Below are positions 1 through 12,200 of a stretch of 64,000 nucleotides of DNA, piece after piece. Under the pieces are notes generated by a model. It was not told the DNA's origin. It was given only the letters and a program-made list of their open reading frames with translations, and made no database searches. This DNA comes from Octopus vulgaris (taxonomy: Eukaryota), in NCBI GenBank assembly GCA_951406725.2, contig OX597839.1, positions 31,124,001 to 31,188,000 on the forward strand, in the 5' to 3' direction. The position numbers and the translations under genes were made by a program. Every line of letters starts with the position of its first letter. Positions within the stretch are counted from its first letter, which is position 1.

Positions 1-213
1 AGAAATTATTATTATCATCATCATCATCATCATTATTATTATTATTACTGTAGTTTTACGTTTAACATTATCTCTCCTTGGTAATATTAGCTGCTGTGGT
101 TATCATCATCATCATTATATATGTTCTGAATTCAACCCCCACAGCACCGATGCCAACTTTACAGGATCAATACAAAAAAAAAATAAGTACCAGTTATATC
201 CTGGGGAAGATAT

Positions 214-432
214 TTTATTCAATCAACAATATACCACTGCTTCCAAATTTCTGACCTTGTCCCCAAATAAAAGAAATTTCTAGATTTTATTTTAAGTTCT
301 TTTTTTTTTTTGTCATTTTTTAAACACAAATTTGGATTCTTGCGAAACCAAAATTTTTTTTTAATTTTATTTTTTGTTTTTAACAAGCCAGAGTAACAAG
401 CTCTATGGCATGACCTAAGCCTTGAACTCCCC

Positions 433-507
<75 letters not shown>

Positions 508-2595
508 GTCAATAAGTTTTTCCTGAAGCATGAGGGCCATATCTTATTTTATTTAATTTTAAAGAGACTAGGGAATTGGGTCGGGGGTGGGAGCAGTGTA
601 ATAAAGGGATAGGGGAGGGGGATGAATGAATCCTGGTTTGTGGGGTGGGAGGTCATCGCTGAACAAACGAACGACCACAAAACCACACTGTCCTTTCTCT
701 CCATCACTGAAAAAACTCAATTTGTAACAACAAAAACATCATCAACAACAACAACAAGAACAGCAACAATAACAACAGTGATGAATTCTTCACAAAGTTG
801 AAAGAGAATGTGTGATTCTGAGATGTTCATGCTTTTTTTAGCAAAGTAAGCAAAATGACATCAGTCTCCAACCAGGAATGAAATTCGTAGAACTCGGCTC
901 ACCAGGAGCTCACATCTTACTCTCTACACCACATGCCAATAATAATAGTAATAATAATAATAATAATAATAATGATAAATAATGATTTCTTTTGCCAAAG
1001 TACAAGGCCTTGTCTGTGTAAAGGTAAAGATGCAATATAGTTCACAGAATCAATTACCCATTAGGTTACTGGTACATATTTTCTTGACCCAGATGTCATT
1101 TGAGAACAGAAATAGGAGGAGAGAGAGAGATAGGATAGGAGGAGGGGGTGAAACAGCTGGGATGTCACATCATAACCCCCGCCCTCGTTAAATAACAATA
1201 ACAACAACAACAATTTCTTACTCAGGTAAATTTTGTAGAAGAGATTATAGGATTACAAGAAAATCCTCATTCTGTTATTCCTATGGAACACACAGACAGA
1301 CACCTACACAGGAAATGGAAATGAAAGATCCAAGCTGGCACTTGAAGGATTTGAACTGCAGACAGTGATGTGACTAAGAGACGTATGTATGTATGTATAT
1401 GTGTGTGTGTATATATTTATATATCTCTACCTGTATACATCAACTAGAGTTTCTACACTTTCAGACATCTCCCCCTGTTACTCATGGATGGAGTAACAGG
1501 CATTTTATATTGACTAGCAGTAAAAGTTAATAGGTTTTTAAAGAGAGAGAAAGAGGGATTGGAGAGATGCCATGGAGTTCAACCCTTTCCAAAAACTGTT
1601 AGCAACATAAGCAAAGTGAAACAGTTGAAACCCTTCACCTAGACTGTGCCTCATCTATATACATACAAAGACTTTCTTCAACTCTTTGTAGGCCAGTATC
1701 CATGTGTTAGTGCACATACAAACTGATGAAATATACTCACATATTCACACATTTCTATATACATACACACTGTCCACATTGTGTATATACATCAGGAATG
1801 GACAGCCTTTCTTGAGAAGTGGACTACATGAGACACAACTCCTCATCAGCTGTGCCACTCAGAAAGTCCCGTGGGGAACAGCCTGCCCAAGGCCAATATA
1901 CACATTCCTTAGTCATTGAACCTAATTCTATGCGTATACACTATGTACATATGTATCTGTCTCTATATATTTATATGTGTGTGTGTATAAAGCTGTTGAC
2001 CAAATATCTAAGGCCATGCAAAAATGAGAAGGAGGGAAATGGAAGGGAGAATTCAATAAAGCTAGCTGTCCATGGAATAAGGGACATTTTGAATAACAGA
2101 TGGAGTAATAGATATTTTGAAAATATGCGTCTTTGTTTGGTTAATTAGCATAATTTATTCTGAGATTGAAATAATAAAAAAAACACATTAAATGCCATGA
2201 ACCAAGTTGGAAGGGGAGAAAAAGAGGGGAGGGGCAAAGCCAGAGAGACAGCTTGGTATTATTAGCCCAGTAAGAACGGCAACAGGATTAACTAATCCTA
2301 ATCCTACTACTACATGCACACACACACACATATACACACACACAAAACATGGTGAAGCCCCAAAAATATTTTCTTTCTTAAGAAAAAAAAAAGAGGGAGT
2401 TTGGAATTTAAAGTAAACAAATTTGCTATATTGTTGTTGTTGTTGTTGGTTTGTGGTTTTCTCGAGGAGGAGGAGGAAGAGGAGAATTTATCAAAATAAG
2501 GAGAAAATAAGAAAAAGGAAAAAGAAAAAACAGCAATATAAAACAAACAAATATTTAGATATATGCTGGACCATTTGTAGATATGTACGAGTGCA

Positions 2596-2656
<61 letters not shown>

Positions 2657-3073
2657 TAAGACTTAAAGGGTATATCATGGCATAGAGATAGGTAGAGGGA
2701 CGGAAAAGTAGTTGAAAAGGAGAGAGAATGGGCAAGCAGGGGTCCAGAAATTCCAAAATTTCTTTTGGTAAGAGAGGAGAAAAAAAAGAAAAAAGCTAAT
2801 AATGCCCCCTCCTCCTAAAAAGTAAATATTATTAATAACAAAAATAATACAATTAAAACAAAACAAAAAAAAAATACATATATATTCTGGTTTCAGACCT
2901 AAATATGTATAATTGAGGGGGGAAAAAAAAAAATAATGAACAAATTAATATAACTGAATTAAAGTGTTCGTTAGATTTAAAAAGATTTTTTAGTTTTTAT
3001 ATTTTCGGGGGAAAAATCTCAAAAAAAAAAAGAAGGAAGAAAGAAAGAAAAAGTGAAAACAGAAAGATTTAGT
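214..3073 (-). other. probable long 3'UTR of vigilin (true end unknown)
   Basis: About 2.8 kb after the stop with no recognisable SINE body, unlike the introns; minus-strand AATAAA at 3073-3078, 2154-2159, about 548-553 and 214-219. Confidence 0.45.
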
Positions 3074-3295
3074 TTATTTTCGCTTGAGCGGCCCCCAAGC
3101 CTGGGATGGTTTTGGCAGAGGCACGACAGTTCCGAAGGATGGGAACTCATCAGTACTGTTGGTGTCAGGGACTTTGTCCCACGGGGCGTCTTTCACAAAG
3201 AAACCTTTTGATTCTTTTGGCGCCCCATTAACATCGGGTCGGCTGGGTGTTTCGTGGAGTTCCTTCAGATATTCTTGGTCAATGATATCTTGGAG
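3074..3295 (-). CDS. HDLBP: vigilin terminal coding exon 23 (222 nt incl. TAA)
   Basis: LQDIIDQEYL...GFFVKDAPWDKVPDTNSTDEFPSFG...AWGPLKRK*; aacag| acceptor after a long T tract. Confidence 0.94.
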   Translation of the reverse strand, partial: LQDIIDQEYLKELHETPSRPDVNGAPKESKGFFVKDAPWDKVPDTNSTDEFPSFGTVVPLPKPSQAWGPLKRK

Positions 3296-6200
3296 CTGTT
3301 GAAAAAAAAAAAAAGAAAAAGATATATAAAATAAATCATCGTTGTTTTAACATCTATTTTTCCATGCTTGCATGGGTTAGATGGAGTTTATTGAAGCATA
3401 TTTTCTATGACTGGATGCTCTTCCTGTCACCAAGCCTCCCTTGTTTCCAAGCAAGGTAAGATTTCCCTGCGGCCAGACATGTTTTTGCAGAATATTGGGA
3501 AGGAGTGACATTCATTTACAACAAACTCTTTATGTCAGGACAAGGAGACATACACATGTGGACACGGACACATCATGCGTGGACAGTAACATTTGTCACA
3601 CATACCCAACAATGTTATTCAAAAAATAATCAATCACATCATTGAAATTTCAAAGCTGAAATAATCCAAGATTAATTCAAAACAATATGAATAAATAGGC
3701 ATTACATGTGACAGAGTTAATCTGAAGGTTAAAGGATTAAAGGCTGCAGGAGTAATCTTGTCTTCTTTAATTCTAGGCCTGTCTGTCGCTGCCACCACTT
3801 CCCACAAATATAATCCAAAGACAAAAATCAAGAATCATTACGGCAGCTACTTACATATTCTTCTTCAAAAGCCATAAGATATTCTCGGCAATCAAAACAG
3901 TTCTCTTCAGCGCCGGTGATGGTAATCACGTCTGGCTCATCTGAGTCTGGGCGTGGGAACTTGATGTCCACCTTGTACTCGTCCATCAGGCGTCGCACGT
4001 TGCGTCCTTTCGTACCAATTATACGTGGATGGACACGAGGGTCAATTTTCACGTTGATGCTTGACATATCCTCCTGCAAGACACATTTAAACACATAGGT
4101 TTTTATATAAATATATACAAACACTCCACCCACATACAAAATAGATATACACCCATATATGAGCACAAGTACAGACACACCCACATAGATTATGCATCAG
4201 GGATGGCTGTGTGGTAAACGGTCTCAGGTTCAGTCCAAATGCATGGCACCTTGGGCATGTCTTCTACTACATACAGCCCCAGGTTGACCAAAGTCTTGTG
4301 AATGGATTTAGTAGATGGAAACTGGAAACTTCTTGTGTGTATGTGTATGTATATGTGTGTGTGTGTGTATAAATAAATTATCAATTGCACATACATAGTA
4401 TGTGTTTTGTTTATTTGCTGCTGTATACCTCCTGGGAAAGATCTCTACACAATGAGTGTTAAAGAACACCCGAATGTCACAGATCAGGCGGGACAACTTG
4501 CCTCAGAATCACTGAGAATGGCAGATATCAATATCCCTGCCATTATTGTGGCTTAATCAATATCATGTTCTTGGATCATCTCAGAACAAAGTGAATCTCT
4601 GATCTACAACTTATATGGAAACAGAGTGAAGTCTGTTTGCTGATGTGCTGCAGCATGGCACATGGGAAAGGGAATTAAAAGCAGCTCTAGTAATATAAAC
4701 ATGAACGATTGCACATGCTTTGTTTCCACGCCAAACTTCTTTTGGGATACATCTGTGTGAGTGTGTTGCAACATTTGAATCTGTTTCCCTTGACAGCCAA
4801 AGTTGGATTGTTAATCTCCCTGTATCTTAATCTATCAGCTCCAGTATGGTCACAGTCCAATGACTGAAGCAAATAAAGACACAGAGAAAGACTTTTAAAA
4901 GAAATACCTACCAACTCATGGACAATTTCAAGAATAGCCTTCTTCGCCAAGTTGGCATTGTTCTCATATCCTGTGATGGTGATGATGTTCTGAACTTCGT
5001 TTCGTTCAGGGAACTGGATGTTAACATCATGATCTGAACGAATCTTGGAGATAACAGCTCCCTTTCTGCCAATAATCTTTGGGTGATACTGAGAGTCCAC
5101 CTCAACCTCCAGTTTATAACTACGCAACAGCTGAAAGGAGAAGCGAAGAACGACAATAACAATCAGTTTGAACATGACACACTGTTTGGGATCCATTCAC
5201 AACAGTAGTAACCAAAAGGAAGAGCAGAGAACATGAGTTCTAGGGCCTCTGTATCTGCTGGGAGAAAATTTACCTAATAATGATGTAAGGCCATAAATTA
5301 AAGGAAAAGGGGACATGATGAAATGAACCCTGGTATTTTTCAAGTAAACTATACAGGACAACTTTTAAATACTAAAGATATACAAAATGGTTACGGTAGA
5401 GTCCCCATCAGTCCATAAAGAGTTTAGAGCCAATTCCCAGTTTTTCTAGCACATATATTCCTCTCTGCACAGGACACCGGTCAGTTGCGGGACAACTCAT
5501 TTTACTAGCTCAGTCAACTAGAACAACATGAAATGGAGTGTTTTGCTCAAGAACACAACTCCTCACCCGGTCCCGGCATTGAAACCACAATCTTACAATC
5601 GTGAGTGGAACACCCTAACCACTAAGCCATGTGGCTCCTCTAAAATATACAAAAATGTCCTCTGTGTTTTATATTTTAGGCTTTTGACATTTAACAGAGT
5701 TTTCTTCCATAAATAGAAATTAATTTCTTAAATGTAACGTCAGTAAATTGTGAATTAACGATGAAAGAATGAAGTCAATTAGAGAAACATTTGTAGTCAA
5801 CAATGAGAAGAATGGAACCAATTCCACTGCTGTGCAAGACCTAAATATTTAAGCCCCAGTAAATTACAGGTATTTGGATCTGAATCACATTGACAGATTA
5901 CAATTGTGACAACAGTAATAATTAAATTAGCTGAAAACAGAGGCCATCACTGACATGACCAGTTATTACAGACACTTAGTTATCATATACTCAAGCTACA
6001 GTTCTTACTGATATATATAGTAAATAAAAAATTAAAAAAACAGAAAAAAACAACGCGAGGACGTGGTACATGCAAAGTATTAATAAAATGCAGAGGAAAA
6101 AATAGAAAGGGTGTTTTATGTTTTGAGCACAGCTCTTCTTCAGGAATGGGAGGCAGAGGAAAGTCTGAAAGAAAAGGAAGACGATGGGGGGGGGGGGGGG

Positions 6201-9200
6201 TCCGCTTGGAATGACCTTTTTTAACTTTCCTTTACCTGCCAGCGTAACGACGATGTCGCTGTGGGAACAGAGGTTGCTGACACAACAGTAAAGAAAGGGA
6301 GGGAGAAAGAAGTTGAAGGGGAGAGATAGAAAGTACGTACTCTGTCCTGTTTCTCACTCTCCAAAGCCGTGCACCTCTCTTCCAGAGCCTGTTTAGCCCC
6401 TTGGACATTGTTTGGAGGGCCTGTCACTTTAATAATGTTGCTTTTTTCTTCAGGTGGTGGCACAGTGATGCTGACTTCATGATCCTCCATCATCTTGCGC
6501 ACATCTTTACCCTTTTGACCAATGATGAAACGGTGGAATTCAAATGGTACTTCCACTTCCAAGGTGATGGGGACCAAAGCCTAGACAAAAACCAAGAAAC
6601 AAATGAAGAAATTGGAAGAGACAAAGACAGACTGAGATTTGGCAAATCCTTAAACAAACAATTTTACTTACCACATTTGATGGCATCAAAGACCCATGGA
6701 AAAATTAGACAAACCCCAATTTCAGGATAAAAATGTTTTTAGTGTATTAAAGGATATGAGAGGCCAAAGTGCACCTAGAGGTGATTTTTTGGGAAAAAAT
6801 ATGTTTTATATGCCATCAAATATGGAGTAAATACATGTTTATGGTGCCACAAAAAAGCACCCAGTACACTGCAAAGTGGTTTAGCATTAGGAAGGGCATC
6901 CAAGTGTAGAAACTATGCTACAACAGACAAACGGAGCCTGGTGCAGCCCTCCAGATAGCCAGCTCCTGCCAAACTGTCCATCCCATGCCAGCATGGAAAA
7001 TGGATGTTAAATGATGATGATGATGATGATGTATATATCCAAGTCTGACTTCCAGGACGCAGAGTTGCTCGTTTCTGATCATCAGCTGCTAAACCAAGCC
7101 TGGCTTCCTTTTGAAATATCCACTGACTGAATATGAAATGAAAGTTGGAAGGAAGCGCTTATCTTTATGTTCTGTTTGAAAATCTTTGTGAACAGAACCA
7201 ACAAAGATATCTTAATGATTATCACCATACCTTAGTCACATCTACATCACAGTGATATCAGTGTATCCTAGTGACAAATCAGGTATTCCAGAAATATTAG
7301 TGATATCATATGGATATTGGTATGTCCTATCACATGTATACAGGACATTGTTTAAGGATAAGCCAACAGGTTTGGAGATCTGACAACATGTGAAACCTAA
7401 GGTAATCCCATAATCTGGCCTTATCTAACTTCAATATAAATATATATAGATATCGGAGTGATTTCACAATGTTCTAGTGACATCATCATCTTCTAGGCAG
7501 TCTCTCAGAGCTGACAAAGATGCTTCTGCAGTCTCTTGCTGAAAGATCTGCACAAATGATTAGTTTATAGTGATCAAATGTTCATGTTGCACATTAGCTC
7601 ACTTCATCAAATCATCATTACCTGTACAGGTGCACAGTATATCATACATCAGGTGTCAAAGTGGTCACAGAAGAACATGAAATGAAATGTTTTGCTCAAA
7701 AACACAACACATTGTGCCATGTTCAGGAATTGAAACCATGATCTCACAACCCTGATTGTAACACTAAGCACCAGGCCACGTTCCCTCATCATTATAATCG
7801 TAATTATCAAACAGCGAAAAGGATACTCACCAGTAATGCCTTTTTAGCTTCTTCACAGTTTTCTGGTTTGCCAGTGATGAGAATTACGTCGGTCTTGTTA
7901 GTGCCAGAGTCCAGAGACGGTTCCACGTTTGGAATCACATCTCCATTGGGGATAGCAGTAGCTGCATCATCTTCAGGAGGGGTAATTGTGACACGCTCTG
8001 GAAGGAGAAGAACAACAGGTTAGGGGAGTGAAGGTTCATACGAATATACATGTGCGTGCAAATACACACACACATATATATCGTATGAACATATTTCTTT
8101 ACTACCCACAAGGGGCTAAACACAGAGGGGACAAACAAGGACAGACAAACGCATTAAGTCGATTACATCTACCCCAGTGCGTAACTGGTACTTATTTAAT
8201 TGACCCCGAAAGGATGAAAGGCAAAGTTGACCTTGGCAGAATTTGAACTCAGAACGTAGTGGCAGACGAAATAGTGCTAAGCATTTCGCCCGGCGTGCTA
8301 ACGTTTCTGCCAGCTCGCCGCCTTGTATATCGTATATACAGTTAGGTGTACAACTACTACCATACGAGTCAGAGCTCCAAATAGTCAACATCCAGTCAGC
8401 TTCTAGTATGATGGTTAGTCAACTGCTGTGCTCAACAGTGTTGCTAGTTATGATATACAGAGCCAATGTTGTGGAAAATTACAATAAACATTAGTATAAA
8501 TATTTAGTTCCTACAAGTGTTTCACCATTGCAGTTATTTGGAACTCAGCAATGGATGTTCTGAATGCATTCGGAACAACAAAGGGGCATTTTCTGAAATT
8601 TCGTTTCAGAAGACTAAGGAAAGATAACTCAGAGAAACTTCAATGAAAAACCAAAACAAACTAGACAAGTTCTGAGTGTTTCTTTTTAATATAATCTTAA
8701 GAAATCCTTATGCCCCAATGAATTAAAAGTGTTGGGGAGCCTCTGCACCAGTCATGAGCAACCTGTGGCCCTCCATGTGGCCAGCTTCTCAAAAAAGGCT
8801 GCCCAGGCCTGCTCTATGCAGTTACCTGATCTGCTAAAAATAACAGCAAAATCCCTTATAAATTACACCTATACGCTTTTTAAAAAAGTGTACAAGGTAA
8901 TGTTGCCCACCCGAAACTATGTTTGAAACAAGTCAGGATGGCTGTAGTTGGATAGCCTTTGACCTAGTGCTGTGCTGGTGCCATGCAAAAAGCACCCAGT
9001 ACACTCTGTAAAGTGGTTGGCATTAAGAAGTGCATCCAGCTGTAGAAACCATGCCAAAGCTGGCAGCTCCTGGCCTTTACCAGCTTGTGTCAAACCGTTC
9101 AACCCATGCCAGCATGAAAAATGAACTTTTGACGATGATAGTTCTGCACAAGTTTAAGAACAATAACAACATAATTCACAAGGAAGAGAGAGATGCTAGG

Positions 9201-12200
9201 ATACAGCTTGCTTGTCAGTTGGAAATTCTGCATACCAGACGCCAATAGGTTTCAGGAGTTATCCGGAGAAAATGTACATCATTTCAGGGCCTTCCTCTCA
9301 ACAGCTTTAAAGAGCATTGCCCTGCTCCTCTCACTGAGGTGAAATCCCATCTACTGGACTGACTGACTGACAAGTATTTGATCACAAATCCACTTTGGAA
9401 TCCACAGCCCCATTCAGATTGTACAGTGACACAGGCTTGACTGGCCACAGAGGTAAACAGGGACCTCTCTCTCACACCCACACATCACCTCTTCAAACAG
9501 CTTCCAAAGACAATCTAAATCTCAACCACTTTTTGCCTATGGACCGACCCTTTTGCTTCCTATTTTAATCTACTGGACCTCCATAGCCATTCAATGTACT
9601 TAAAACAAAATCTTACTGTTTTCTTGTAATCAAATATTATTACAAATTATACAAAAAATTAAAATATTTGGCATATTGTAGAAATTTATTGCACATAAAT
9701 TTCAACAACAAAATCTCATATGCCCCTACCCTACCCATTGGCCATGTGGACCTTGGTTGAGGACCACTGATCTAAAGCTGACCCCAAATAGTAGTGAGAC
9801 AGATGCATAAAAGTTACAACCTTGAATAAAATATTAATATTGGGAAGGTGACACAACACAAGTATTTTGTTACTTTATGTTGTAGTTTGTATGTAATGAG
9901 AGTTGTTGGTTACCAGAGGCCAGTCACTGGTTCATTTCAGCTATGAGAGCAAAAAGGACAAAGAAGTATAATTTGGCTGAAACAAATATCACAAAGGGGT
10001 GTTTGAAAGAAAAAAAAAGTTTATAGTTTTGTTGCCAGTGTTTGTTGAAGAAAGATAAATACACAAATATATGCATACACACACAAACTGAAACACAGGT
10101 ACACACAAGCCCAAACATATACATACACACACACAAACGTGAAATTCTTTACCTCCATTAACTGGACGATCTGGAAATTTGATTCCAACATCAAATTGAC
10201 GGGTTATTTCCTGCACCTTCTGCCCCCTGGCACCCATCACGGTACGATGGTATTTCTGTGCAATCACACATTCGACAACAACTTGTGCATCCTACGAAAA
10301 CAGAAAAAATATTGTAAAGGAAAGATTAAACTCATTCTTTAAAGTAAACTCATTCCTGACATTCAGAAGAACTAATTAACGTCATTTATTTAATTAGATT
10401 TATGTCTGTATTTCTCTGACCAAACCACTGGCATTCTTGGCCCTCAGACCTCATCCCTGTTCACTACTATAGGGATGGTGATGGCTAGCTGCAAGTGTGA
10501 ACCCTGTAAGTCGGAGTGGCTGTTCCAGCACATCTTCCTCACCAACTTCCAAAGCAACATTTTTCCATTTTGTCTGCTAGGACCATGAGGCAAACTGACA
10601 AGACTTTTTAGATGTTTCTTAGACAGAGGAACGATTAAATGATTTGGGCAAGGCTCTTTGACAAATTTAGAAAATTATTTCATTAAGCAGTAATGAAACA
10701 AATTCTGATCAGATTTTATTGGTTACCTCCCCTTCAACAGCTTGGTTATTTTACAAGAACTTCCATTAAAATCATCATCATCGTTTAGCGTCCGCTTTCC
10801 ATGCTAGCATGGATAATGAAATTAATTAGCGAACATTGTAAGTGCAGGAGTGGCTGTGAGGTTAGAAGTTTGCCTCGAAACACATGGTTCTGGGTTTAGT
10901 TTCAAAGTGTGGCATTTTGGATAATTGTTTTCTACTTTGGTCAGCCGCACGGCTGACCAAAGCCTTGTGAGTAGTGAATTTGGCAATCAGAAAACAAAAG
11001 AAGGCATGTTTCCGTGTGTGTGTCCTTGTCCTGACATTGTTTGATAGTTGTAAACAAGTGTCATTGTTATGTAAGCGGTGTCATTCATCTCCAGTCTTCC
11101 GTTAAAACATGTCTGGCCACAGGAAACTATTACCATGGTTGGAAAGAGGTGAGGGTTGACAAGAGGAAGGACAATCTGCTTCAAATAAACTATGTCCACT
11201 CTATGCAAGCATGGAAAAGTGGACATTAAAACAATTATAATGATCTCTACATACACATACATGCACCGTTGTACACACACACACAAGAGAAAAAGCTAAA
11301 GAAATGCTCACCAGGTCAGCAACAATTTCAAGAATCTTGCGCTTGGCCCCTTCAACACAGTCCTTGGCCCCCTTAATAACAACACGGTCACTCTTAACCC
11401 CGCTCCGTGGAAAACTGACAGTGACACCGCCATAATCCTCAGCAATTTGCCGCAGAAGACCACCGCGACGGGCAACAAAATAACGATGGTGCTTTGGGTC
11501 AACATTGATCTCTCCCTCCACAATGTTGTCCTGGAAACAATAAAAAGACGGGAGACAGGGAATGAATAATAGAGTAGAGAAGGAAGTGGTGGTGGTGGTG
11601 GTGGTGGTGGTAATAACTGGTTGAAGTTGTAGTGGAAGTGGGGGGGGGGGGGGGGTTGTGGTTACAGCAGTACAAGATGTAGTGGTGATGGTGGTAGTAG
11701 GGGGGGGTAATAATAGTAGTAGCATAATTACAGTAGTAGTTGTAGTAGTAGTAATAATAGTTGCAGTGGAGGTAGTAATAGCAGTAGCATATTTATAGAA
11801 GTAGTAGTAGTAGTAACAGTAATAGTAGTAGTAGTATAATTATAGTAGTAGTGGGGGGGTAGTAATAGTAATAGCATAATCATAGAAGTAGTAGTAGTAA
11901 CAGTAGTAGTTGTAGTAATAATACTAGTAGCAGTCAAACTCACCAAGAATTAAACAAGAGACAGAAGAAGAAGATCAAGTGTAAAGAATGAAGACTACTC
12001 ACCAAATTTTTGATTAGATTTTCTAATTCCTCTTTGGCTTGTTCCACAGATTCCTTTTTGCCAATGACCGAGATAAGTTCAGGATCACTGTCATGTTCAT
12101 TGGGGAAAATCACTCTAGCACCAGTTTTTTCACGAACCTAAGGATAATAGGAACAATACCTTTTACTACAAGGTCTGAAATTTGAGGGACGGGGGCCCAA

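Noticed and set aside
1825-1855. CTGATGA-GGAG...CTC on the minus strand in the 3'UTR
   Set aside because: No GAAA follows stem II, so not a hammerhead.
7890-7997. Acidic/Pro-rich insertion within one KH repeat as a novelty
   Set aside because: From memory, a variable insertion at this position also occurs in vertebrate vigilin, so it is expected.
11531-11946. Mucin-like Thr/Pro-rich ORFs
   Set aside because: Trinucleotide repeat within intron 16, bounded by valid splice sites.
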